Source of the DNA: Basidiobolus meristosporus CBS 931.73
Taxonomy: Eukaryota; Fungi; Basidiobolomycota
DNA: 64,000 nucleotides
Direction of reading: 5' to 3'
NCBI GenBank assembly: GCA_002104905.1
Contig: MCFE01000239.1
Span: 1-64,000 of the forward strand
Part shown: positions 52,083-64,000 of the stretch, piece after piece
How positions within the stretch are numbered: position 1 is the first letter of the stretch
Layout of the letters: the number at the start of each line of letters is the position of its first letter
Notes under the pieces: model-generated
Told to the model about the DNA's origin: nothing
The model's input: only the letters and a program-made list of their open reading frames with translations
Database searches by the model: none
Position numbers and translations under genes: made by a program

Positions 52083-53185
52083 ATGGCCGTTCATATTCAT
52101 TTTCGATATCAAATGTTGAAACGGGTTAGAAGGGACTCCTCAGGACTATTGAGCGAAGAAGGGTTGGATATCGGTCTCCACCACGACATTCTGACGATGC
52201 ACGGCTCTCCCAACGAGTCGGTTGGGTGCGTGTTGAGTGGGACTCTTAACTTTAACCTCGTGGAGCCATTGAAAGTGAAGTCCATTTCCCTCAAGTTCAT
52301 TGGTAAGGTCAAGATTGACGGCAGCCCAGGTAAGTGCGGATTGCTTTACTTCGTTAGTGTCTTGGTGACCAACGTTGCCCACTAGAATTCGCTCGCTATG
52401 AATACGAATTGATTCAGCATAAATGGGTATTTCTGGAGGCGAGTCAGGACTCGTATACGATGGCCCCGCGAAGCTACAGCTACGATTTTGAGCTTCACCT
52501 GCGAGGCAATCTACCCGAGTCTGTTGTAGTGAATTATGGAAAGATTTACTACCGCTTGGTGGCAGTGGTCGAGCGGCCAGCATTTCGATTTGATATCAAG
52601 AAGATAAAGGATGTTGACATCAAGCGCGCCCCTCTCTTCTCCACCGACAGTCTCCTACCACCTACCATGGCGTCTGGGATCTGGTCGGAAAACCTGGCGT
52701 ATCACATTTCCATTCCTGATATCACATACACCATTGGGGAATCTTTTCCTGTGGTCTTCAACTTTTGTCTACTCGATCCGACATTCAAGATCCGCGAGGT
52801 ATCCCTGATACTGCGCGAGTTCATACTCTACAACATTGAAGGTTCTGAGCCGGTCTCAAGAGAGTACGATATCAGCGGGACAAGGCGAAGATGCCCTGGC
52901 GAGAGCGAGCTCGCGTGGGACGGCATCATAAAGCTTCGAATCCCTCGGCACACGTATAGCGACTGCGAATCGAAGTACATCACTGTTCTGCATAAGTTCT
53001 TTGTGGAAATCGAGCTGGAAGAAGCGAATGGCGATATTCGAGTACTGCATGTGCTGCTGCGGGTTGGAATCCAATCGGCAATCCAGAGCGAGTTGTCACA
53101 ATCGCCACCGATGTACCAGCCGATAACCTATTCTTCCGGTGCCCCACCTCCACCGTATTCCTGCCTGGACATCGTTTGTGCATAG
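52083..53185 (+). CDS. Alpha-arrestin (arrestin N/C domains); exons 52083-52329 and 52386-53185
   Basis: GTAAGT...CTAG 56-bp intron joins the two ORFs in frame (G|AA). Motifs LSGTL..NL.EP.KVKSI.LKF.G, Y.FEL.L.G.LPES, I.Y.L.A..ERP, and a C-terminal PPxY (PPPPY). Confidence 0.9.
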
Positions 53186-53979
53186 CGCACCTACCCATGC
53201 ATTTTCGATTTGTACAGTATGCGTTGATCCCAATCCATAGCATCCCCAGTCTACCCACAGTTCTCACGATTACATCATTCACCACCAAGTGTAAATAAAC
53301 AGTCCCTCCGATTAGGCTTAGTTGAAGAACGACTCCCCATCGGATACATCCATGGTGCCCGATGCTGGGTTCACTGAATCAATCGAGGATACTTGCTGGC
53401 CAGCAAGATCACGGGCGTCGGGTCGGGCCTTTGCATAGAGAATAGGGGCATTGTTTGAGCGGTAGATAAGGTCTGATGGTGTATAATAACTGAACAATTA
53501 CGATCGGATCAGATACGTTGCATGTCACCCACACTCCTAGCCTTCACTGACTTATTTGCCACGTTTCATCTGCAGTTGTTCATAATGAGATAGACCAGCA
53601 TCACATTGTCTCGAATCGGCCGACCCAACCGAGGGCATCTACGGGATCTGAAAGCGGTGCCTCGATGATGTGTGGCAGTAATGCTGATCCAGGAGGCTGG
53701 TCAGTTCATTTGATGCACCCTGATCCATCTCAGACATTAGTTGTGGATTGACTCGAGTTCGGGGAGAATAGGGGCTCGCCCAAGCAACACAATGTTGAGG
53801 GACTTCGGTGGTCTTGGGGATGATGCTAAACTTTGAATGCATGATACACTATTTTGGCGCCAAACCGATCCGGAGGGGAAATAATGTTGAAAACAAAGTT
53901 GTGTTGGGAGAGACTGATTGCGGAGTATATAACCATAGGCCCGGCCGCTGACTCCCGTAAGCCAACACGCTATTGAAGC

Positions 53980-55161
53980 ATGGGTGCGTACAACGGGACT
54001 CAGAACTATATCACCGACGGCCAAGCGTTGATCATCGCGCAGGAAACCATCTGGACAAACGCGGCATCCATGCTGATGGCGTCCATGGTGATCCTCGTTT
54101 ACTTCACCACCTTTTTCTACAACAGACGTCTCGTTGATCGTGTAACGCTTCGGTTAACAGTGGCCAATTCAACGGCGGACCTGATCTACAGCGCGATGAT
54201 GCTGTGGGGAGCGCTCATCACCACCGATGGCACGAGCTGCCACATATTCATGTGGGGCTTCATTGAGTTCACTCTCCTTCCACTCTTTCTCAGCGTTGCA
54301 ATCGCCACCAATCTATGTGCGGTGTATGTTTGGGGAGCGCGGCAGACACAGCGATTTGAGGTCTATTATTTCGCCATACCCATCGTCCTCTCTCTGGCCA
54401 TATCTGTCCCCTTGCCAGCCTTCCATCGGTTTGGATGGTTAGACGATGCGAAGCTCTGTTGGTATGTCCCCAACGGCCCCGAAACCCTGATCTGGCTCGC
54501 GCTAACCTACCATCTCTGGATTGTGCTGTGTGTGGTGATTCTGCTCATCCAGGTGGGATTCATCGTTCACAAACTGCGATCTGACCGAAGCAGTCCCGGC
54601 AACAAAGAAGCCGTCTCAAGATCCATCGTGACCACCCAGCAGAGACTGGAAAAGACGGTGAAAAAGGTACTTATCAGGGTCATCTTCTACCCCATTGTGC
54701 CTATGATCACCCAGAGCCTGAGCATCATTGTATACATGAACGCTTTTGCTAATGGCTACTGGAATTTCGGCCTGATGTTTTCATGGTGCTTCTTCACTGC
54801 CATTCAGGCCTCATTGAATGCGTTGGTGTTTTTGTTCGACCCGTCCGTTCAAAACACCTGGGAGCAGCTAAAACAGCACATCAAACTGAAGTACAAGCAT
54901 GAAATCAATCTCCCCAAGGACGAGCTGACCCGCGGACAAAGACTCCGGATAGGCATCGTCAAAGCAATGGTTGGGGGCTCAGCTTCTCCTAATGGGTACA
55001 TCACAAACGATCCATTCTTTCACGTTAGCCCCTCTTCTGGCTCATCTGAGGCATCGAAGGAGCCTAAAGAAGTCAGGCTCTGGTATCAATCGGCCGTTAG
55101 CAACGACACCAATTCGGCATCCATAGAGACTGACCAGATGAGCTCACTTACCCATTATTAA
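53980..55161 (+). CDS. Seven-transmembrane GPCR, Git3/cAMP-receptor-like, 393 aa
   Basis: Seven hydrophobic segments with RL...L..AD in TM2, CWY in ECL2, FYP in TM6 and LNALVFLFDP in TM7. Single exon. Confidence 0.8.
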   Translation: MGAYNGTQNYITDGQALIIAQETIWTNAASMLMASMVILVYFTTFFYNRRLVDRVTLRLTVANSTADLIYSAMMLWGALITTDGTSCHIFMWGFIEFTLLPLFLSVAIATNLCAVYVWGARQTQRFEVYYFAIPIVLSLAISVPLPAFHRFGWLDDAKLCWYVPNGPETLIWLALTYHLWIVLCVVILLIQVGFIVHKLRSDRSSPGNKEAVSRSIVTTQQRLEKTVKKVLIRVIFYPIVPMITQSLSIIVYMNAFANGYWNFGLMFSWCFFTAIQASLNALVFLFDPSVQNTWEQLKQHIKLKYKHEINLPKDELTRGQRLRIGIVKAMVGGSASPNGYITNDPFFHVSPSSGSSEASKEPKEVRLWYQSAVSNDTNSASIETDQMSSLTHY

Positions 55162-56890
55162 GCACCCAGCAACATCCCTAACCTCCCCATAATTCTTGAT
55201 AGCCTGTCTAAAAAAAGCAACCCCACAACTGTCTCTGAACACTGTTGTTTCCTGGTGAATCCTGGCGCATGGTTTTTTTGCGTAGCGTTCCCTTGTACAT
55301 AAGTACCCATCTGATCCGCATTTACAAATAATATAAGATTTGGTTTTATTATCTACCTCATTGTGCACTCGATGTGGGACGTCGAGGCTCCAAGGGAAAC
55401 GTAGTGGTCTGGCGTTGGACAGAATTAGATATATCGACGATGCTAATGAGTGTCAACAGGATGTGCAACAGGACACAGCTCGTGTGTGATGACTGGTAGC
55501 TACTGATTCCCTTCCAACTTGGCTCTCTCGGGATTCTCTGTGTAAGGTCTTATGCCCAGGATTCTCTGTACATGCAATGGCAACAGAAAGGGAAAGTAGC
55601 AGCCCAAGAGTATGCGCCGAGTCATGGCACCATGATTGGACATCAGGACACCATGAAATAACAGCTGCAACGCTGACGCGGACTAGCTCATCAAGGAACG
55701 CTGGCATAGTTTGGTTGGCTTTATGATAAACACAGCTGGCCGTCAGGATGGTCCCCAAGTGCCAGAGGTATCCAGCAGCATCTTTTAGGCACTATGTCGA
55801 TAAGAATCGCCGTAGAGCTATGCGGGTACATTTCCTAATTTGATGCCCTGAAGCCTACCAGATAACTCCAAATGCGCCCTCCTAATTGAAAACGGGATGG
55901 TTCATCCAAAAATCGCCGCTGATGTACAAAATGGTCAGATAAGGCAGAGGACTTATATATTTGCCTTAGCCGGGAGGTTTCTGTGAACCTATCCCCGGAT
56001 GCTGGCACCAATATCAGGCCTCCGCTAAACGTATTGGTTTCGTTACGGGATCAACCATATGCTAGGGAGGTGGTCGAAAACAAATACACTTCCCGCCACA
56101 GCCCGTAGAGCTGCTGCGTGCATGGGCTATTCTGAATAGGATTATTTACCACATAGTCTAGCTGCCCGGCCTCTACCCCTGGCTGTCAACATGTACACAG
56201 TCAAGTGAATTGCGGGCTGACAATGTAAAGCCGGATCTACTGCATGGCCAAGGCTTCTTGTACCCTGACTAATGCGGTTCAGTCCCATTTATTCTCCCAG
56301 TAACTCGTCCTTGAATCACACTTCCAGCTGCTAGTGCCGACCATTTGCTAGGCTAGGTCGCTTCTTGCACACGAACTGATGGGCCCAGCGCCGTGTAAGT
56401 ATACTTGCTACAGGAAACGGAGCAGTGGTGCACATGCTCGAGAGGGAACACGTCAACCGACGATGATTACTCTCCAGTGATTCGATCCCGGGAATAAGCG
56501 ATCTATCGAAAGATTGGAGTAGATTGTGCAGGGAATGTCACTAGATAAGAGCAATCAGATGCTTGATTTTATCCGACTGCTCAGCTGCCCCTCATGACCG
56601 CGAAACCGCCCAACTCTCATCGATCTACCACAGCATGGGCCTTCGCTCACCCAGTATCCACTTCACTTGGAGTAGGCATCATTCGGCCACCAATCCGCTA
56701 CTCGTGGTTCGTACCAATGAGAACCAACAAGGCTCCTAGCAGATGCAAACAGCGCTATCTAGTAGTTGGCAACCATATATGCTTAGTATGTTTGGATAGC
56801 TTGGGATGTGGCCAATAGAGAACATGCTAATTTGGTGCTACCGTGATCTTCAACCTCTAAGATTGTCAGCTTGAGTGATTGTGATTGATA

Positions 56891-56899
56891 TTGAGTCAT
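56891..56899 (-). promoter_or_regulatory. Gcn4/CpcA-like site (ATGACTCAA) upstream of HIS5
   Basis: TTGAGTCAT lies ~135 bp before the ATG, with a TATA-like TATATATA near 56975. Confidence 0.5.
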
Positions 56900-57032
56900 T
56901 TGTGTTTCCTAAATAGAGCGATTTGAGAAATCTTTTTCCAAAAGAAACAGTATTGGTAGCGTTAGCTCCATCCGTATATATATGTAGATCCATCACCAGG
57001 GAAGCATCATAGTTCAGCATACCCTCATCAAA

Positions 57033-58304
57033 ATGTCCGATTTCTCTTTAGAGCGTATAGTACGTCCAAATATTCTTGCTTTGGCCCCATACCGTTGTGC
57101 CCGTGACGACTATTCCGAGGGTATTCTCTTGGACGCAAACGAAAACTCCTACGGCCCCTCTCTGTCCGACACATCCATCTCAGACCTCCCCAACCTTGAA
57201 AGATACCCCGATCCTCTTCACAACGAGATCAAAGAACGACTTTGTCTGCTACGCGACCTCCCCTCTCCCAAAAACCTCTTTTTAGGTGTAGGCTCCGATG
57301 AGGCCATCGACTTACTGGTCCGTATTTTCTGCGTTCCCGGAAAGGACAAAATCCTGGTGACCCCACCCACTTACGGCATGTATTCTGTGTGTGCCCAAGT
57401 AAACGACGTCGGAGTCGTCAAAGTACCTCTCAATCTCGATGATGGGAAGTTCCAACTTCAAACCGATAAGGTACCCAACCCCTGCCTTCATCCCTTGATA
57501 TTTCTGGTATTCACTGACCTTTCTCCTTAAGGTTCTCGAGTCACTCGAGCAAAACCCCGACGTCAAAATTGTCTTTTTGTGCTCACCCGGAAATCCCACA
57601 GGCTCGCTTCTCGCCAAAGAAGATGTCCAAAAGATCCTCACCTTCCCTGGGTACCAGGGCATCGTGATTGTTGATGAGGCCTATATCGACTTCGTAGAAA
57701 CAGATAAAGGATCCTCCACAGCCCCTTGGGTAACTAAATATCCAAATCTCGTAGTCTTGCAGACTCTGAGCAAAAGTTTCGGCTTGGCTGGCATTAGGTA
57801 AGTTGCGCTCGCCTTGGCACTTCCCACGACGTTGAAGATTAACCCTCATCACGCAGAGTCGGTATTGCCGCTTCCACACCCGAAATCATCGCATTGATGA
57901 ACAACACCAAGGCTCCTTATAACATCTGCTCGCTCAGTGCCCAAGTTGCCCTTAGCGCCCTTCAAGATTCATCAATTGATTTGATGAAGTCGCGTGTACA
58001 GAAAGTCCGTGAAGAGCGCAAGAAACTCATCGAGAAAGTCGTGAAAATCCCAGGAATCGGCCTTGTTAAGGGCACCAATGATGCCAACTTCGTATTGGTA
58101 GAGGTCCTGGATAAAGAAAACAAGGTACCTTGCAATGAGCGTGCCACTAAGATCTACACGTACTTGGCTGAAGAGCGAGGTATTGTTATCCGACTTCGTT
58201 GCAAGGAGCCAGGTTGTCTTGGTTGCCTAAGAATTACCATTGGCACGCCAGAAGAAAATGTCAAGCTTCTCCAAGAATTGGAGGAGGCACTGAAACTGTT
58301 CTAA
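57033..58304 (+). CDS. HIS5: Histidinol-phosphate aminotransferase; exons 57033-57470, 57532-57797, 57857-58304
   Basis: Motifs LDANEN, RYPDP, GVGSDEAID, CSPGNPTG, VDEAYIDF, TLSKSFGLAGIR (PLP lysine), LRITIGT. Two GT-AG introns (61 and 59 bp) keep the frame. Confidence 0.95.
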
Positions 58305-58540
58305 ACCATCTGTCACTCGCCGCATCCCCCCCCCACCTGCCACTTACCATCAGAATAAATTAGAGATGATATGAAGTTTTTTATATCTGACCATGTATTG
58401 TTCTTAGATTATCGTTCAAACAATTCAACAAACAATGTTCTATTGCCAAGCCATTGATGGTACTTGAAATGATCTCCTACATGGATCGAAAGCTAACGAT
58501 TTGTAGGTCTGTTTTAGCTGGCTATTTTATGACGGGGTAC

Positions 58541-59178
58541 TGTTGTAAAATTCCTAATTATACCTAAATATTCCATTTTAACTTGGTCACTCAGATCAAA
58601 GTCTATGAATCTTAGTATCTTGCCCAATTCCTTACTTGTCCAAAGGTCCCCAAACTTTGCACACAAGCTCTTGTGGCCTTCCTATATATGTTGTACATGT
58701 TTGCTTTGCTAATGTTGTAAATATTCAGTTTACATCTAAACCACTCATATAGCTTAAGATTCTATTTAGTTAACTGCTAAGTTATGAATCATTTACGTAA
58801 GATTTAGTTTGCAAGATATCGACCAATTCTTCGATTTAGTGAAGGCCTGATGAAGGCTTTCAATATTTTCAAACTCGACCAATAGCCCTCGAACTCTGTG
58901 CACAGCTTCCTAGTACCTTCTTTAAACATTCTTATCATTGGTCTCGTAGAGTTTCTTTCACAGTTTAAGTACTTGATTTGACCCAATAAAACAACAGAGG
59001 AATTTCATGCAAATCTTTTGTTTGCCTAATCACTTCAAATACTCCTTCATATCTTGCAACAGCTAACACCATATAAATATGAGTACCACCTTTACCTTTA
59101 ATAGATCACTGAGTGAGAACCACACAATATTCTTGCTCTTCCAATTATGCCTAATATCTTCAAGAAGCTCTCACAGCA
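58541..59178 (+). mobile_element. Copia-B-like solo LTR containing a second solo LTR (58713-59061)
   Basis: Inner TGTTG...GCAACA is flanked by TSD GCTAA. Outer halves rejoin to a B-like LTR; no outer TSD found. Confidence 0.7.
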
Positions 59179-59277
59179 TAATCTGCTATCTGACTATTTG
59201 GACCAAGTGTATAATGTATGGTAGTATTCTGAGCAGGATGTATATCAGATTGATGACAAAAATTGCCAAGTAAATCC

Positions 59278-60101
59278 GGTTGTAAAAGCGTATTACACTA
59301 TCACATGGTCTTGGCAAAAAAATACGTGGAATATTTTTAGGGAGGTCCCAAGAGCATGTGTGCAAAGTTTGGAGTTGTTTGTAGAACTTATCAATGTTTC
59401 ATGTTCTGGATACCCGATGTTTTGGTGAAAATATTCCAAGTAAATCCCAACAAGGAACTCGGCCAGAATTTTGTAAGAGTTGTAGACTATGAGCCAAGTG
59501 ACCAAGCTAGGTTAATACATAGGTGTAATTGCTGTCCTGGGTTCCTGATATTTGGTAGGATATTTGAAGTAAACCTCAGCAAGCAACTTGAACATAATAC
59601 TTTAAGATCTGTGGGCCATGATCTAAGGGACTAAGTAAATGGAGTACTTAAGTAAAATCAATAAATTCATAACAGTTGGATCCATCCAGCATTTCAGCAG
59701 AGGGAAAAGTTCCAGTAATAGAGATTCCAGATTATTACACCTTGGTATGCATAGTCTGTTGTGAGAGTCATGGAGATAATGTAAGTAATCGGAAGACTAA
59801 GCAGAATATGTGGCATTCATTTAACCATTTGCTTATTATAAAGTAGTATTTACACTTTTACAAGGTCTTGGCACCACAAACATATACAAAATGTTAAAGA
59901 ATGTCCCAAGAACATGTGTGAGAATTTTGGGCGCTTTTAGACAACTTATCAGCTTCTCATGTTCTGGGTACTTGACATTGTGTGGAAAAGATTCCTAGTA
60001 TATCCCGACAGAATTTGGACAGGAAATAGTGAAGCTCATAAGCTATGATCCAAGTGGCGAAGCTGATGGATTATTTAGGTGTAAATACGAAATTTACAAC
60101 A
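59278..60101 (-). mobile_element. Two diverged copia-B-like LTR remnants; 59757-60101 carries a degenerate PBS and gag start
   Basis: Similar to the reverse complement of the B LTR. 59680-59756 resembles the IFPSAEKLDGSN gag start. Confidence 0.7.
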
Positions 60102-62883
60102 GTTATAAGGGGTTAGGAATATTGGGAATTGAAAAGGATCTGCAGGATCCCATAGTTTATTGAGTAGAAGCGAGGTATTTGTGCATCTTATAGAGCCTGG
60201 CGGAATAAACCATTGGAAGGTGTTTTAGAAGAGCATAGAAAAATAGGGGAAAGTTCGGGGCATTTGGGCCCCTTAGAAGAAGCTCATAAATAGACTAGAT
60301 ATGTTCTTAGACAGTAGCATTGGGTAGAGAGCTGGTTATTTGTAAAGGGTTGTTATCGTTGCATTAAGCTTCCGGAGGGCAGCAGGAGGGGAGTGGAAAC
60401 AAGCATTTTGGACAGTTTCATGTTACGAAGGTCAGCGTGGGAAACCCCGGGGACCTCGAATAGTTTAGCAAATATCTATTCGAAATTCCCATCACTCACC
60501 TAATCGGACCTGGGGTTCAGCCGACTACTGGAAATTTTGGGAAATCAGGATATGCGGAGCGACACCAGACAACGACCAAGAGCACAAGCCGACCTGTGGA
60601 ATCGAAGTACAGGTGACCGTCGAAGGTTTGCAAACCTATGGATGAAATTCTACACCACTCAGGACATTTTAGATAACTTCGAGTCACCATTGTATTCATG
60701 TGGAGATCGAGTCTTTCACCATAGGACTATGTAATATGGGAGGCAATCTAATTTTGAGCCACCGGTTGACCAATAATCCCCATAAACAAAATCAGTACCA
60801 CGTATGTTTGTCTGGACTAGGTGAAATTAATTTAGGCTTTGGGCTATCGCCCAAACGTTGAGAGAATCGGTGATTTCAATCATTTGTAGATTCTCCGCAT
60901 CAACCCCAGCAACCTCAATAGCAGTGCAACTCACCACCGGCACTAGCTTCCTGACCCAGCAGCCTCACCACCTGCTCTTCCAGCCACCTTGCTACCGCAA
61001 GACATAGCACCCAAGCCGACCATCAAGTGCCATCAAGATCTTGGTGCTGATTTAATAATCATAGGTATAATTTATTAACTGATAATCGTGACGATGGGTA
61101 CGTTGTAGGACACGCGGCTGCCATATCGATTGGTTGATTTCGACACATGGAGTTTGCGGGCGATTTCGCTGAAGTATAGAGATTGTTGGGGAATGCAGCA
61201 CAACCAAGATAGTGACTGCGTACGAGGCGGAACACATACTGACTATCACTTGCCTATGATTTGAATCGTAGCTGGGGACGGTCTGTTATCAGCTGGCATC
61301 CCCATTCCAGTAACGTGACCGGACAGATAAGACTGCAACGGATTTACGATATACGATTTGGCTAGATGAGAGTATCGCTGAGGTGGAGTACGTACTTCGC
61401 ATGAAACGGCTCCTTAGAACCCTGGCGTTGTGTATCGGGAGTATCATGAGCATACACAAATGTCGGATACGCTCCAGGGATCTGATGACACTTACTCTGT
61501 CAACATCCACCACGCCGATTCCAAATGATGGAGCAATCGCAACAACCACAGCAACATGTTTGTCCATAGGTGACAGCACCGTGCAAACCAGAATACCGTA
61601 TTAGGCGTATGTGTATCTGTTCATATCCCAGCTGGTCAACCAACACCGATACAACCTCCCCAAAATGACGGTCGGTTGTTACAAGGAGAATATTCCTAAT
61701 TTTCCCATATGGAACTGGTTTCCGGCCTCATGATGGATATTTCCTAAACTGCGACTCAGATCTGGTGAGCGCACAACATATACCAGTAAAGCCTCGCCTA
61801 CCATTCTAGGCCCTTCCTTAATTTTGGCCGATATCAATGCCCACCACATCAACAGACATTGCGAAACCTGCGTCCGGCTGGGTTGTGCGCCCGCTCAACG
61901 GAGTATCCAAGCAGTAATGCTACAGGATTTCCACCGATAGAATCTTTTCCTCTTTCAGTCGAAAGAGCAATCATGGAAAATTTCTTCAAAACAAAGACCG
62001 AAAGCATAAATCCCTTTTTCGGAGTATCCGAATCAAGCACACTGGCATAATTCCAATCCAGCCTGGGACAAGGAGCAGCCCTTCTATTGAACTGTTTCGA
62101 CAGCAGTAGTAGTTTAAGAGTGGACCATCAGCAATCACAGAGCAGCGCTCATTTCAACGTCGCACGCAAGGCCTCTCTGCGTCGTCGTATAACTGGAATG
62201 GCCCAAAACATCATGCCGACCAGTCCATATATGGAACAACACCCTAAACCACCGAAACGCAGTAAACAGCTTGATGATATTTTCCAAGTCCTTATCGATT
62301 GCTATTGCCTGTTTGATCGAACTGGGTCAGACGGCTTGCCGAAATCAGCTGAATCTTGATACATCGCCTTTGAAACCCTCAGTCTATATTTAGAAGTGTC
62401 TATTCTTACTTCCTATCATTGAAACAGCCCTACTCTATTAAGCTTACCATTTTGTGCATTGGTTTCAGATCAATCAGCCTATTTGTATCAGGATGTAAAT
62501 ACGCCATGTATTGTGTATAACTCTTTTCATCGATTTTGTTGGACAATAATACAATAGCAGTAACAATAGTACAGACCTCCAAGCTGGTTGACTGCTTTTG
62601 GATATTTGGGAACGGTACCGATGCCTGGCTCGTTGCTATGCATTGACACTGATTTTTCAATTTGGCCAGACCAGTGTTATCGGAGCGTTGGTGTTTATGG
62701 CACCCATAGCTCGGAAACCGTTGAAAAAGCTGGCTTGTCGGATTACTTTGAATGGTACAGGTGGATACTTTAATGATACACAGATTACTATTGATGATAT
62801 ATGGAGATTATGGGTTGTGGTACAGTGAGAGGGAATTGGCTCATGGATAATATTACAAAAGCGAAAGATCATTTGAACGCAGA

Positions 62884-64000
62884 TTAGAAAGGAGTGAAGA
62901 ATACGGTTTTGGGCCTCATGATGAGCTCTGCCGAGGTTTGGGCCAATTTCAATGTGTTCATGTTCATTTTCACTAGCTGCAGAATCTTGTGGTTGGCGAC
63001 CGCATGAACAACGCTCTCCGTGACTACCACTCTGCCAAATTCTAAACTGCAGAGTGACTGGCATTCTGTTATCAATTGACAAAGCATCTCCTCTGCAGCG
63101 ACTTCTGATGGCTCCCGACAATTTCCTAGAACCAGGGTTTTCAACCGCTTGAGGTTGGAAATGCATTTCATGTCCGAAAGTGTATAGGGAAGTCCACGAA
63201 TATCTAAGTGCTGCAGTTGAGGGCAGTACTTCGAAATGGCTGGCAGTACGGCTTCCACAATATGGTTGGAGTTCTGGGAGAGGATGATTCGTTTAAGATT
63301 AAGACCTAGTTTCTTGACCATGTTAATGATGCCAGTGGCAGTCACGGAGGTGGCGGAAAGGTCAATTTCTTCCAGTAAGTGGCATTTGCTAGCAATCTCA
63401 GCAATGCACTGATCATCAACACATTTACAACAGGAAAGCTCGAGTACACGGAGGTTGGGTAATTCAGAGATTCGCAAGATAGCGTCCTTGTTGGCCTGAG
63501 TGAAGAACAGTCCACAAGACTGGAATCCAAAGCGAAGCTCAGTACAACTGTACTGATGATGCTTGATTAACGCATCAATTGTATCGCTGATGGAGCGAAT
63601 TCCGCGATCACACACCAAAAACAATTCCTTCAAATTTTGTGGCTTTTGCGCAGAAATGATCTTTGCGATGGCTGCATCCTCAATATAGTGCGCACGGATT
63701 CTTAGTTCCTGGATACTCTTACAAGCACGAGCGATTACCATGGTATGGGATAGCTCCAAATCTTCGATGTGAAGGCATAGGCTTTGCAAGGACGGGTAGG
63801 TTATGTTGGTTGGAAAAACCTCGGTCAAGCTGAGTAATTCTACAAAAACAAGCTTCTCGAGTACTGAGGAGCACTGGTCTCTAACCAGTCTCCATAGCTT
63901 ATGTGCTACCTTGTCTCCCGTAGTCAAACTAAAATCACCATGCCAGGGTGCCATATAACGAAAATCGAAGGCTCTTAACACAGGTAAGAAGTTCGAGTAT
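62884..64000 (-). CDS. Leucine-rich-repeat protein (RNI-like/FBXL-type), 5' part outside the window
   Basis: Repeats such as LPNLRVLELSCC, LLEEIDLSAT, LKRIILSQN, LQHLDIRG, LKTLVLGNC. The frame is open to the window edge. Confidence 0.8.
   Translation of the reverse strand, partial: YSNFLPVLRAFDFRYMAPWHGDFSLTTGDKVAHKLWRLVRDQCSSVLEKLVFVELLSLTEVFPTNITYPSLQSLCLHIEDLELSHTMVIARACKSIQELRIRAHYIEDAAIAKIISAQKPQNLKELFLVCDRGIRSISDTIDALIKHHQYSCTELRFGFQSCGLFFTQANKDAILRISELPNLRVLELSCCKCVDDQCIAEIASKCHLLEEIDLSATSVTATGIINMVKKLGLNLKRIILSQNSNHIVEAVLPAISKYCPQLQHLDIRGLPYTLSDMKCISNLKRLKTLVLGNCREPSEVAAEEMLCQLITECQSLCSLEFGRVVVTESVVHAVANHKILQLVKMNMNTLKLAQTSAELIMRPKTVFFTPF

Noticed and set aside
55453-56818. Short ORFs between the GPCR and HIS5
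   Set aside because: No domain signal. No tRNA, 5S or snRNA hallmark found by eye.
57033-58304. Bacterial hisC or horizontal transfer
   Set aside because: Two spliceosomal introns and a fungal gene neighbourhood.
62657-63166. Antisense or alternate-frame ORFs over real genes (also 52856-53288, 57312-57879, 63342-63530)
   Set aside because: Shadow ORFs of coding sequence.

Overview
Eukaryotic DNA, most likely fungal: the genes have short GT-AG introns and fungal-type products. An early-diverging lineage is plausible but cannot be shown from the sequence alone. The window has two compartments. (1) About 1-49.8 kb is a deeply nested transposon block that is almost free of CpG. It holds two Ty1/copia families (A and B), both with a half-tRNA-iMet-type primer site, and two Ty3/gypsy families, one of them a chromovirus with an apparent Tf1-like self-priming structure. 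It also holds an orphan 1.07-kb solo-LTR family, several copies of a CACTA/EnSpm element that is repeatedly hit near its 3' end, and an IS5/ISL2EU-like DDE element. Non-autonomous derivatives of that element include a 736-bp foldback and a 213-bp MITE with 10-bp-phased subterminal repeats. All recognisable TE polyprotein and transposase ORFs are disrupted. (2) About 49.9-64 kb is a CpG-normal gene island with an alpha-arrestin, a 7TM GPCR, HIS5 (3 exons) and an LRR protein cut by the window edge, plus a small cluster of solo LTRs at 58.5-60.1 kb. I found no CRISPR array, tRNA or rRNA gene, and no clearly new enzymatic system. The best leads concern transposon biology and genome defence. All alignments and mismatch counts were done by eye and are approximate.
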